DNA of 27,530 nt from a virus (taxonomy: Duplodnaviria; Caudoviricetes). Made by a program: the position numbers and the translations under genes. Where the stretch lies: positions 1-27,530 of the IMG/VR virus record IMGVR_UViG_3300012948_000017; one strand, 5' to 3'. This document shows positions 1 through 7,257 of this stretch, one piece after another; the stretch's first letter is position 1, and each line of letters starts with the position of its first letter. The notes beneath the pieces were generated by a model. It was not told where the DNA came from. It did not search any database and saw only the letters and a program-made list of their open reading frames with translations.

Positions 1-226
1 ACCGGCGGTGTTTCTTGAGCTTGCGGTTGACGGTTTCGCGGCGGATCCCAAGCAAGGCCGCCATCCGCCCTTGGTCCCCCTCGGCCACCGTGGAGGCGGC
101 GCGGAGGACCTTGACCTTGGCGGCCACACTGCGCGCCTCGCGCCATGGCCTCCCGCCGGCCGCCTCGAAAGCCGCGCGGAGGATGGGGTCAACATCCCCA
201 CTCCGCGGACCGCGCCTTTTCTGCAA
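1..226 (-). CDS. Fis-type HTH DNA-binding protein in the cro position, runs off the window edge
   Basis: Not in the ORF track. My translation from TTG at 226: MQKRRGPRSGDVDPILRAAFEAAGGRPWREARSVAAKVKVLRAASTVAEGDQGRMAALLGIRRETVNRKLKKHRR; GDQGRMAALLGIRRETVNRKLKK fits the Fis/NtrC HTH pattern. Start codon uncertain. Confidence 0.75.
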   Translation of the reverse strand, partial: MQKRRGPRSGDVDPILRAAFEAAGGRPWREARSVAAKVKVLRAASTVAEGDQGRMAALLGIRRETVNRKLKKHRR

Positions 227-248
227 TTGGGCGGACCCCGACCCCTTA

Positions 249-262
249 CGACAGTTTTGTCA
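249..262. promoter_or_regulatory. Putative operator CGACAGTTTTGTCA
   Basis: Imperfect palindrome between the divergent HTH genes; its reverse complement matches 678-691 at 13 of 14 positions. Confidence 0.6.
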
Positions 263-270
263 CGGCCGGT

Positions 271-300
271 TTGACCCGGTGGTGTGGTGTCCGGTAAGCT
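271..300 (+). promoter_or_regulatory. Sigma70-like promoter for the repressor gene, probably near-leaderless
   Basis: TTGACC (271-276), 18-nt spacer, TAAGCT (295-300); ATG at 309 with no SD sequence. Confidence 0.55.
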
Positions 301-308
301 AGCAGACC

Positions 309-530
309 ATGAACCCTAAACCACCGTCGTCCCTGACGCCGCCGGTAGCCGCTGAACTGCGCCGCCTTCGGGTTGAGGTCCTGGACCTTGGCCAGAGGGA
401 GATGGCCGAAGCCTTGCACCTGACATTGAGGACGTACCAGAGATACGAGGCCGGCACGGTCGTCAAGGTCCCCGCGTCCGTTGTGGACGAGGCGCGGTCC
501 CTGGCCGCCGTGGAGGAATACGCCGGATGA
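309..530 (+). CDS. XRE/cI-like HTH transcriptional regulator, putative repressor
   Basis: LRRLRVEVLDLGQREMAEALHLTLRTYQRYEAG is a typical HTH_3 motif; 73 aa with no peptidase domain. Confidence 0.88.
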   Translation: MNPKPPSSLTPPVAAELRRLRVEVLDLGQREMAEALHLTLRTYQRYEAGTVVKVPASVVDEARSLAAVEEYAG

Positions 531-677
531 CTGTCCGCCTTACCATCGTCACGCCCCAAACCCCGTGCCGGGCCCACGGTCAACCGGAGGGAACGGCGGG
601 ACGGTTGACCGAAGGCCGTTGGTTGTGGTACGGGTTGGTCTGTGTACCAGTCTACACAAAACGCGTCCGCCCATGCC

Positions 678-691
678 TGACAAAAATGTCG
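678..691. promoter_or_regulatory. Putative operator TGACAAAAATGTCG
   Basis: Inverted second copy of the 249-262 motif, upstream of the integrase operon. Confidence 0.55.
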
Positions 692-703
692 GCGGTAAAA
701 GAT

Positions 704-759
704 GCCGTCACATGTGACGGCCGGCCGTCCGGTCGGCGTCACACCCGGGTCACACCCGG
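704..759. repeat. 18-bp perfect palindrome followed by an 11-bp tandem repeat
   Basis: GCCGTCACATGTGACGGC at 704-721; GTCACACCCGG twice at 738-748 and 749-759. Confidence 0.8.
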
Positions 760-774
760 AATGGAGGGATAGCT

Positions 775-1329
775 GTGCTAAACGCGAATCAGTTCAAGGA
801 CGTATTGGCCGCCCTGGAGGCGCCAGCCGAACGCAAGCGGTTACTGGCCACGATGAACAAGGAACGGGGCGAGCTAACCGCGCGCCTCGCGCAGCTTGAC
901 CACGCCGTGGCCTTGCTGTCGGACGGGTCCCCAATCGTCAACGGCAACGGCAAGGCCTACGGGAAGGCCGCCGCCAACAGCGCCGCGCCGGTCCGCCGCC
1001 GTCGCCACAACAAACCCCTACGCGCGCACATTCTCACCACGTGCCAAAACCCGGAATGCCCAAGGAAGGGAAAGCAGTTCCGCGCGAAAAAGCGCGGGGT
1101 CAAGTATTGCAGCGGTCCGTGTTCCTGGTGGCATTACCGCGAGACGAAAGGCAAGGCCAAGGCCGCGCGCAAGGCGGAGATTCGAGAGAAGCGGAGCAAG
1201 GCCTTGGAAAAGGCCCGCGTCGTCCTGAAAGAACAACGGCGGACCGCGAAGCGTGAGGCCACGCGAGGTCATACGTTGATCGCGGGTGACCCGCTGAACA
1301 ACACCCCGCAGGGTGAGGCGACGCATTGA
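775..1329 (+). CDS. Basic protein with N-terminal coiled coil and putative Zn-binding motif
   Basis: SD GGAGGG upstream; CQNPEC...KYCSGPC motif; K/R-rich C-terminus. Confidence 0.8.
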   Translation: MLNANQFKDVLAALEAPAERKRLLATMNKERGELTARLAQLDHAVALLSDGSPIVNGNGKAYGKAAANSAAPVRRRRHNKPLRAHILTTCQNPECPRKGKQFRAKKRGVKYCSGPCSWWHYRETKGKAKAARKAEIREKRSKALEKARVVLKEQRRTAKREATRGHTLIAGDPLNNTPQGEATH

Positions 1330-1355
1330 AGGTTGGCGGCGTTACTTACTCCATC

Positions 1356-2540
1356 ATGGCCGTTCGCAAGAGGTCCAAGAGCAAGCGGTCAAAGCAGTAT
1401 CCGCTGGAGTATCAGACGGACGCCATGCGCCGCGACGGAACCGCCCCGAAGCAAAAGGGGTTCTACACGGCCAAGGAACGCCAGCAATTCCTTGATGACT
1501 TGATCGAGGAAACGCGGCGCGCCACCGGCCTTTCCAAGGACATCCCCCTTGATGAATACCTCCCGCGTTGGCGTAGCGGGCACCAAAGCGAGTGGACCCC
1601 CGGAACGCTGGCCAACTACGATTGGGCACTAGGCCATATCAAGGAATGGGCGCAAGGCCGCATGCTGCGCCTAATCACACCCGGCGATGTCCGAACCTTC
1701 CTCAACGGGTTAGTGGGACCCCTGGCCAAGGGGTCCGTCGCACACGTCCACAGCGTGTTGCACGCCGTCTTTGAGGGAGCGAAAGAGGACAACATCATCG
1801 TAAACAACCCGGCGCATTTCACCGGGACACGGCGCCTCAAACTGACGCCATCGAGAGACGAACGCAAGGACGCGGCGGCCGAAAAGACGATGACGGAACA
1901 ACAGGCCGCGGACTTCCTGGCCGTGCGGGACGCGCCCGTCAAGGACGTTTACCCAATCCTTTTCCGCACCGTCGCGTTGCTTGGCCTCCGCATCGGTGAA
2001 GGCATGGCCTTGTCACGCGAGCAATTTGCCATCCACGGACCAAAGCCGCACGTGCTAATCAACCGCAAGGTCAACCGCCAAGGCCGCGTCGTGCCGATGA
2101 CGCGCAACAAGAGAGGCCGCAAGGTGGACCTCCCGCAAGTCCTGATAGAGGACCTGAAGGCATGGGAGGCGAAGGCCAAGGCGGCGGCCATGGCGAAGGG
2201 GAAGGAACTACCGGACCTCTTGTTCCCGTCCATCCGAGGGACACCGCTTGACTACGCGCAGGTGCAACGCGCGTTCAAGGCCATTCTAAAGGCGGCCAAG
2301 CTTCCCCTGTATTTCAGCACACACACCCTGCGCCACACGTTCGCATCAACACACCTGAACGTAGACAACCCGGACCTCGCGCACCTGTCGGAACAACTCG
2401 GCCATTCGTCCATCGCGTTGACGGTGGACCTCTACGGTTCGGGCCGCATCATGAACAAGCCGGAACGGGCCGCCGAAGTGGCGCGCCGGTTGACGGGCAA
2501 GGACAACAGCAACCGCCAGGACAAGGCGGCGGAGGGATAA
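1356..2540 (+). CDS. int: Tyrosine recombinase/integrase
   Basis: Catalytic motifs LGLRIGE (R), HTLRHT (HxxR), LGHSS (H), DLYG (Y) and an N-terminal SAM-like region; ATG at 1356 preferred over TTG at 1326. Confidence 0.95.
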   Translation: MAVRKRSKSKRSKQYPLEYQTDAMRRDGTAPKQKGFYTAKERQQFLDDLIEETRRATGLSKDIPLDEYLPRWRSGHQSEWTPGTLANYDWALGHIKEWAQGRMLRLITPGDVRTFLNGLVGPLAKGSVAHVHSVLHAVFEGAKEDNIIVNNPAHFTGTRRLKLTPSRDERKDAAAEKTMTEQQAADFLAVRDAPVKDVYPILFRTVALLGLRIGEGMALSREQFAIHGPKPHVLINRKVNRQGRVVPMTRNKRGRKVDLPQVLIEDLKAWEAKAKAAAMAKGKELPDLLFPSIRGTPLDYAQVQRAFKAILKAAKLPLYFSTHTLRHTFASTHLNVDNPDLAHLSEQLGHSSIALTVDLYGSGRIMNKPERAAEVARRLTGKDNSNRQDKAAEG

Positions 2541-2541
2541 C

Positions 2542-2901
2542 ACGACGCGACTAGCGCGCCAGTACGTCCTAGGCGCGGACGGACGGACCCCACGGCCGGC
2601 GGCCTCGTTGTTCGAATGGGCCGCCGGCTTTGAGGCCGCCATCGCCCGGAATGGGGACCCGCGTCCCGGCGATGGTTGGGCACGCGTGGCGTACGACAAC
2701 ATAGGCGACGCCACCGTATCCACGGTGTTTGATGGCGTGGACCGGCGCTACTTCGGTCCGGGTCCCCCGATCCTTTTTGAAACGATGGTCCTTGGTGGTC
2801 CGTGTGACGGCCAGGGGGAACGGTATGCCACGTGGGACGAGGCCGAGGCCGGACACACGGCCATGCTCCTACACGTGGCACATAGCGAGGTCACCAATTG
2901 A
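2542..2901 (+). CDS. Conserved phage hypothetical protein (VSTVF...LFETMV.GG...RY.TW.EAEAGH type)
   Basis: Track ORF starts at 2608, but the frame stays open upstream (TRLARQYVLGADGRTPRPAASLFEW) to an ACG at 2542 behind SD GGAGGG. Start uncertain. Confidence 0.75.
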   Translation, partial: TTRLARQYVLGADGRTPRPAASLFEWAAGFEAAIARNGDPRPGDGWARVAYDNIGDATVSTVFDGVDRRYFGPGPPILFETMVLGGPCDGQGERYATWDEAEAGHTAMLLHVAHSEVTN

Positions 2902-3215
2902 CGGACGACGACGACGACGGGCCATCCTTCCTCGTAGTTGTTCCGGATAGCTTCGGCAATCCCGGCGGGTTTGACGACAACATCCACGGCCATTGTTCCC
3001 GCTGTGGCGTGTCCGTGCATTGGAGGCCGCACAACCCGCCGCCGGAAGTCATGCCGCGCGTTTGTATGCTTTGCCTCTATAAAGACATTGAGGCGATGCC
3101 GGCGGATGAACCCCTGCGAATCATGATGACGGGCACGTCCCTACGGGAGGCGGCGGCGTTCATCGAGGCCGAGGCCGCCGCCGAGGCGGAACGCGAAAAG
3201 AAACGGAAGGCCTGA
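2898..3215 (+). CDS. Hypothetical protein with two CxxC motifs
   Basis: CSRC and CMLC motifs; 4-nt overlap with the upstream gene; SD GAGG. Confidence 0.75.
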   Translation: MTDDDDDGPSFLVVVPDSFGNPGGFDDNIHGHCSRCGVSVHWRPHNPPPEVMPRVCMLCLYKDIEAMPADEPLRIMMTGTSLREAAAFIEAEAAAEAEREKKRKA

Positions 3216-3217
3216 CG

Positions 3218-3484
3218 GTGGCGGACTACTACGCCGAAAGGGACCTCCCGGACGGGCGGACCGCGTGGGTTATCCCTCTGACGTTCGGACGTGCGCGCAT
3301 CATCGTAGGCCGCCGCGGGGAACCGAGCATTGATGATGGATGGTGATACGACACCCCCGGCGCGGCGGTCGCCGCGCTAGCAGCATGGGACGGGACCGGG
3401 GACCCGGCCGGATGGATGCGGAACCCGCAGACGGGACGCCGCCGGCCAGGAGGTGACCCGGCAAAGGAATACGTGGAGCTATGA
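3218..3484 (+). CDS. Small phage protein with an in-frame TGA (candidate selenoprotein; alternatively a pseudogene)
   Basis: MADYYAERDLPDGRTAWVIPLTFGRARIIVGRRGEPSIDDGW[TGA 3344-3346]YDTPGAAVAALAAWDGTGDPAGWMRNPQTGRRRPGGDPAKEYVEL. Fills the gap between neighbours and ends in an ATGA overlap with the next gene. Confidence 0.75.
3359..3378 (+). promoter_or_regulatory. Candidate bacterial SECIS hairpin
   Basis: GGCGCGGC-GGTC-GCCGCGCT: 8-bp stem separated from the TGA by 12 nt, with a GGUC apical loop. Confidence 0.55.
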
Positions 3485-3684
3485 CGGCGAGGAAGGGACC
3501 TCTACTCATAGACGCCGTGCCAAAGGTGGCGGTCCGGGCCGCGCAACGCGTCCTAGCTGCCGCCCGGTGGGGTTGCGGATGCGTTCCCCATCGGCCGCAC
3601 GTCAAGGACTGCCCGGTCCTCAACTACGCCGTGGGGGTCGTCCTCGGCGTGATGCGGCCACCGGCCGCGAGGCGGCGCCGGTGA
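3481..3684 (+). CDS. Hypothetical protein
   Basis: 4-nt start/stop overlaps at both ends; CGC...H..DC motif. Confidence 0.65.
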   Translation: MTARKGPLLIDAVPKVAVRAAQRVLAAARWGCGCVPHRPHVKDCPVLNYAVGVVLGVMRPPAARRRR

Positions 3685-3836
3685 CGTTCCTTGGCGGCCT
3701 CGGCCTCGGCCTCGTCCTGGGCACGCCGTTTGGTTGGTGGTTACACTGCCGCGTCCTGGCCATGCTCGCGGCCGAGGCGCGCCTACAGGCCGCCGAGGAC
3801 CGGGAACGGGACCGGTTGCGCGGGGACGACCTATGA
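3681..3836 (+). CDS. Small single-pass membrane protein
   Basis: MTFLGGLGLGLVLGTPFGWWLHCRVLAMLAAEARLQ...; hydrophobic N-terminus; GTGA and ATGA overlaps. Confidence 0.65.
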   Translation: MTFLGGLGLGLVLGTPFGWWLHCRVLAMLAAEARLQAAEDRERDRLRGDDL

Positions 3837-4390
3837 TCCGCCGCGCGTGGTGGACCAAGCCGGACGCGGACGCCGTCCTACGTGGCCGCGTGGACCACGA
3901 ACACGGCCTCGTCTATATCCCGGTAAGGGGGACCGCCGTTTCGTCGTCCCTGCGGGTTTCTAGCGACGTGGTCCTGGACCTGGACGGCGATGGATTCCTC
4001 CGCGGCATCGAGCTATTGAAGGCCTCCGGCCACGTGGGACCGGAACGCCTGTTGGTATGCGGCGGCCGGGATTTCGCGGACTTCCGGCTAATGTTCGATG
4101 TCCTGGACGCCTTGAATCCGCGGACCGTTGGCCATGGCGCGCAACGCGGCGCGGACTATCTGGCCGGGACGTGGTGTCTAACCCGCGGCGTTCCGGCCAT
4201 CCCTCACCCGGCGTTGTGGCACCTCTACGGCCGCGCCGCCGGTCCCATCCGCAACCGTGCCATGTATGCGTCCTTCCGGCCGGACCTCGCGTTGGCCTTC
4301 CCGGGAGGCCCGGGCACGGCGGACATGGTGGCCGTTGCCATGAAGGGAGGAACCCCGGTTGTCCGCATTGCGCCGCGCGACGACGCCTGA
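3833..4390 (+). CDS. DUF2283-like domain fused to a YspA/cpYpsA-related SLOG (DUF2493-like) domain
   Basis: N-terminal LVYIPV...DVVLDLDGDGFLRGIELLKAS; C-terminal RLLVCGGRDF, HGAQRGAD, YGRAAGPIRNRAM, LAFPGGPGTADMV. Confidence 0.85.
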   Translation: MIRRAWWTKPDADAVLRGRVDHEHGLVYIPVRGTAVSSSLRVSSDVVLDLDGDGFLRGIELLKASGHVGPERLLVCGGRDFADFRLMFDVLDALNPRTVGHGAQRGADYLAGTWCLTRGVPAIPHPALWHLYGRAAGPIRNRAMYASFRPDLALAFPGGPGTADMVAVAMKGGTPVVRIAPRDDA

Positions 4391-4772
4391 AGGTGGGAAC
4401 CTAGTCATTAGTGGGGTCCTCCGCATCGGACCGCGCGATAGGGTCCTTGGCCTCTGGTACGCGGCCGGCCATGGCCTTGATTGGTTGGCCGCCGCCGCTG
4501 TCGTAGACGGTCGGGTCCTGGCCTTCCATCGGTTCGAGTGCCGATATTTCGACGCGGATAGCACCTTGGTCCGGCGGACCAATCGGCTTATGGACGGCGG
4601 ACCGGCCACGCCGGCAAACTGCGCCGGCATCGTTCGCGCGTTCGATACCATGGCCGGCAGCATGGGCCGCCGTCCCGTATCGTGGTTCAAGGGCGGGACC
4701 ACGTACGCCGCCAAACGTTGGTTGCGCGCGCAACCTTGGGCCGCCGGCCTCGGCCTCCGGGAATCGTGGTAG
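4359..4772 (+). CDS. Hypothetical protein
   Basis: SD AGGGAGG 8 nt before the TTG; fills the operon gap. Confidence 0.65.
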   Translation: MSALRRATTPEGGNLVISGVLRIGPRDRVLGLWYAAGHGLDWLAAAAVVDGRVLAFHRFECRYFDADSTLVRRTNRLMDGGPATPANCAGIVRAFDTMAGSMGRRPVSWFKGGTTYAAKRWLRAQPWAAGLGLRESW

Positions 4773-4782
4773 AGGTGACGCC

Positions 4783-4965
4783 ATGAGGAAGGACGTTCGT
4801 CGGCCTTACCGCGGGTCACGGGCCGTTGATGCGTCATGCCGGAACCACGGGAGTTGTCCTTGGTGCGCGAAGGGTCGGAAGCGTAAGGCGCGCAGGAACG
4901 CGGCGCGGACCCGGGCACAGCTAGAGGACGCCGGCCTAGAGGCGCGGACCTCCCGATGGCGGTAA
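4783..4965 (+). CDS. Small basic phage protein (SCRNHGxCxWC motif)
   Basis: RRPYRGSRAVDASCRNHGSCPWC, a motif I recall from small phage hypothetical proteins; SD GAGGTG. Confidence 0.8.
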   Translation: MRKDVRRPYRGSRAVDASCRNHGSCPWCAKGRKRKARRNAARTRAQLEDAGLEARTSRWR

Positions 4966-5222
4966 CGCGTGACCCCGTGGCCGTGGCCGAATCCATCATC
5001 CGTGTTCTACGGGAATGGGAGGCCGCGACGGCTACGGCCATCCTCCGCGGTTGCACGGTGGCCGATGCAACCGACCTGTTGCGCACCCTGCGGTTCATCC
5101 TGGCCGCGTGGGACTCCGGCCACACGGTGGACCTCCGGACCCAATCGCGTTGTGGGAACTGCGGCCGGCCGGTGGACACGTGCGATTGCCCGGACGGGAC
5201 AACGCCGGGGACGGAGCATTGA
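4956..5222 (+). CDS. Hypothetical protein with C-terminal Cys cluster
   Basis: CGNCGRPVDTCDC motif; overlaps both neighbours. Confidence 0.6.
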   Translation: MAVTRDPVAVAESIIRVLREWEAATATAILRGCTVADATDLLRTLRFILAAWDSGHTVDLRTQSRCGNCGRPVDTCDCPDGTTPGTEH

Positions 5223-5599
5223 CGCGGAATCGTTGGCGGCCGTGGTTCAGGCCGGACCCACTAGAACGGTTTGGACTCGAAACCCAAGGCGCGTATACGT
5301 TCGTTTGCAAGGAACCCGCGCGCGCGCACCGGAACCGATGGCCGGTCCGCCCGGTCCATTGGCCGGACGGGTCCCTCCGCCTAGCCGGCGTGATGTCCGG
5401 CGCGTCCCCCATCCCGGCGTGGTCCTCGGATGGGTTCGATTGGTGGGACGAGCAACCGGCGGAACGCCTGCGCCGGTGGAGGAACCGCCGCGCGGCGCGC
5501 GCGCTAAAGGCCGTCGCCGAGGCCGCGCGGAAACCGAAGCGTTGTCCCCATTGCGGGAAGGAATGGCGCTATCGGCATTCGTGTGTTCCGCCCCCATGA
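5219..5599 (+). CDS. Hypothetical protein with C-terminal CPHCG motif
   Basis: TTGA overlap start (MTRNRWRPWF...) within track ORF 5015..5599; ATGA overlap at the end. Confidence 0.6.
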   Translation: MTRNRWRPWFRPDPLERFGLETQGAYTFVCKEPARAHRNRWPVRPVHWPDGSLRLAGVMSGASPIPAWSSDGFDWWDEQPAERLRRWRNRRAARALKAVAEAARKPKRCPHCGKEWRYRHSCVPPP

Positions 5600-5835
5600 C
5601 GCCGCGTCCCTTCGCCATTGGTTGCCACGTGTGGACGGTCCGCCTTGTAGGGTGGACCTGCGGCCGTTGCGGACAAGTCCTCCGGGTGTGGCGGGACCTC
5701 GGCGGACGCGTTCACGTGGACCCAATGGCGGCGGGAACGTTGGGCCCGTGTCCCTACCGGCCGCGCCGCAGGTTCGTCACCGAACGGGACGCCAACGGTT
5801 GGCCGGTGTCCCTCGGTTGGGTTGGGGACTACTGA
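5596..5835 (+). CDS. Hypothetical Zn-ribbon-like protein
   Basis: MTPRPFAIGCHVW...WTCGRCG; last gene before a non-coding gap. Confidence 0.55.
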   Translation: MTPRPFAIGCHVWTVRLVGWTCGRCGQVLRVWRDLGGRVHVDPMAAGTLGPCPYRPRRRFVTERDANGWPVSLGWVGDY

Positions 5836-5856
5836 TGGCCAGAAGGCCGCGCGGAT

Positions 5857-6048
5857 TTGTCAGGACGTTGTCAGGGGCGAAGCTTCCGGGAGGTTCCGCG
5901 GGGTTCCATCTAGCCCGGCTAAGTCCTGCGGCTAGAGTCCTGGCATGGAACCCGCCATACACGCGAACCTAATTCGAGCATAGGTAGCGGAGACACCTAA
6001 CCCCTTTAGATTCAACCCAGCGCCCGGGGATTGTCAGGCGTTTGTCAG
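5857..6048. other. Putative attP: arm-type repeats around a core inverted repeat
   Basis: TTGTCAG at 5857, 5868, 6031 and 6042 (two pairs, 11-bp period) flanking ACCTA-N9-TAGGT (5967-5985) in an intergenic gap. Confidence 0.55.
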
Positions 6049-6077
6049 TCCTTTTCCCCCGTCCTTTCCCCTTCCCC

Positions 6078-6107
6078 TTGACCAAGTCACTACTGCGGTA
6101 GTATCCT
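6078..6107 (+). promoter_or_regulatory. Sigma70-like promoter with an embedded palindrome
   Basis: TTGACC-N18-TATCCT; ACTAC-tgcg-GTAGT at 6089-6102. Confidence 0.55.
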
Positions 6108-6149
6108 TCCCGTCCCGGCCACTTACGGCCGGCCAGGAGGGATAGAGGG

Positions 6150-6392
6150 ATGACGCGACATGAGGTTGGGGAATGGCGCATGTTGCCGTTGCGGCCGTTG
6201 GTGGACGCGCGGACGGCCGAGGCCGGGGACCTGGTGGACCCGGCGACGTTGCCGGCGGACGTGGTCAAGGCCGGCGGCGGATGGGTTGACGGCCGCTACT
6301 TCACCACCGGCGCGCACAAGGACGGCCGGTCCGGTTGGCTGTGTTCCGAGGTCCGGGGAACGACGCCGCTGTGGGCGCGGGGGAACGTATGA
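6150..6392 (+). CDS. Hypothetical protein
   Basis: SD AGGAGG; first gene after the promoter; ATGA overlap downstream. Confidence 0.7.
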   Translation: MTRHEVGEWRMLPLRPLVDARTAEAGDLVDPATLPADVVKAGGGWVDGRYFTTGAHKDGRSGWLCSEVRGTTPLWARGNV

Positions 6393-6586
6393 CGGACAAG
6401 GCCATGGGTCCCGGCGAGGTCCGCCGTATCCGCATCCCGGCGTTCCGTTGTTGCTGCGCCCGATGCGGGCACACCTGGACGGCCTACACCGTCCCCGTGT
6501 CCTGCGCGTCGTGCAAGTCCCGTTCATGGCGGACCGCTGCCGGGTCCGTCCCAATGGGCCGGCCTCCGGTCCGGAAGGCCAGTTAA
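6389..6586 (+). CDS. Zn-ribbon protein
   Basis: CARCGHTW...PVSCASCKSRSW motif followed by a basic MGRPP tail. Confidence 0.75.
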   Translation: MTDKAMGPGEVRRIRIPAFRCCCARCGHTWTAYTVPVSCASCKSRSWRTAAGSVPMGRPPVRKAS

Positions 6587-6789
6587 TGACGCGCCGCGAA
6601 CGGGAGGACACGGCCGCCGTCGTTCAGGCCGCCGTGTGGTGGTGGAGGACGAAACGGCCGATGGGTTGGACCCAACGGCAACACCTGGCCAATCCGGACG
6701 TGAACACCACGACGACGGCACAGTCACACCTGGCGTACACCGTCGCTTTGCTCGTCCAAACACGGGGGAGGCGGACCCATGCGCGTTAG
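6586..6789 (+). CDS. Hypothetical protein
   Basis: TAATG overlap start; MTRREREDTAAVVQAAVWWW... Confidence 0.65.
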   Translation: MTRREREDTAAVVQAAVWWWRTKRPMGWTQRQHLANPDVNTTTTAQSHLAYTVALLVQTRGRRTHAR

Positions 6790-7054
6790 GGTGTCGTACC
6801 AAGTCACCGTCACCGACGAATACCGGCGGGCGCTACGCCGCCGCATCGGCCGTAAGGGGATGGCCACGCGGGCGGAGGTCATCGCGTGGCATATCCGCTA
6901 TGGCGACAGCGCAGACACGGCCTTGATGGACGAACACGGGGACGAGGCCACGGCGAAGGCCGAGGCCGAGGAACGCGAGGCCGCCGAGGCCGCGGAAGGA
7001 AAGCCACGCCGCCGCGGCGGGTTCCTCCGGAAGGTCCAGGAGGGAACCGAATGA
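6779..7054 (+). CDS. Hypothetical protein
   Basis: SD GGGGGAGG; ATGA overlap with the next gene. Confidence 0.7.
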   Translation: MRVRVSYQVTVTDEYRRALRRRIGRKGMATRAEVIAWHIRYGDSADTALMDEHGDEATAKAEAEEREAAEAAEGKPRRRGGFLRKVQEGTE

Positions 7055-7257
7055 CGGCGCACCCCGTGGCTAGCGTCCTGGTGTTCACCTACCTATTTTC
7101 CCGCGTCCGGCGCGCGTGGCTTTGCGCGGCCTGCGCCGAACGCAAGGGATACACGCCGGCCGCCGTCCCCGTCGAATTCCTGGCCGGCAAACACTGTGCC
7201 GATTGCGGCAACCCATTAACGGCCGACCTATGCGGACGGCCAACGGAGGTTCATTGA
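7051..7257 (+). CDS. Hypothetical protein with two CxxC motifs
   Basis: SD AGGAGGG; CAAC and CADC motifs. Confidence 0.65.
   Translation: MTAHPVASVLVFTYLFSRVRRAWLCAACAERKGYTPAAVPVEFLAGKHCADCGNPLTADLCGRPTEVH

Noticed and set aside
8-302. Plus-strand ORFs 8..274 and 15..302
   Set aside because: They overlap the minus-strand Fis-type HTH gene and show no recognisable motifs.
641-658. TGTGTACCAGTCTACACA shares GTACCAGT with the terS upstream repeat
   Set aside because: An 8-bp match can arise by chance in 27 kb, and there is no other support.
527-772. 81-aa ORF overlapping the repressor stop
   Set aside because: It spans an operator- and palindrome-rich regulatory stretch and has no recognisable motif; not fully excluded because it has an ATGA overlap.
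2090-2130. Possible loss of the integrase catalytic Lys (MTRNKRGR)
   Set aside because: A nearby Lys could serve this role and the other catalytic residues are intact; it cannot be judged without an alignment.
4178-5179. 333-aa minus-strand ORF and the many other antisense or alternate-frame ORFs in the track
   Set aside because: They are R/P/G-rich shadows expected in high-GC DNA and overlap better-supported coupled genes.
5960-6000. dif-like XerCD site
   Set aside because: No match to the XerD arm TTATGTTAAAT, and the phage encodes its own integrase.
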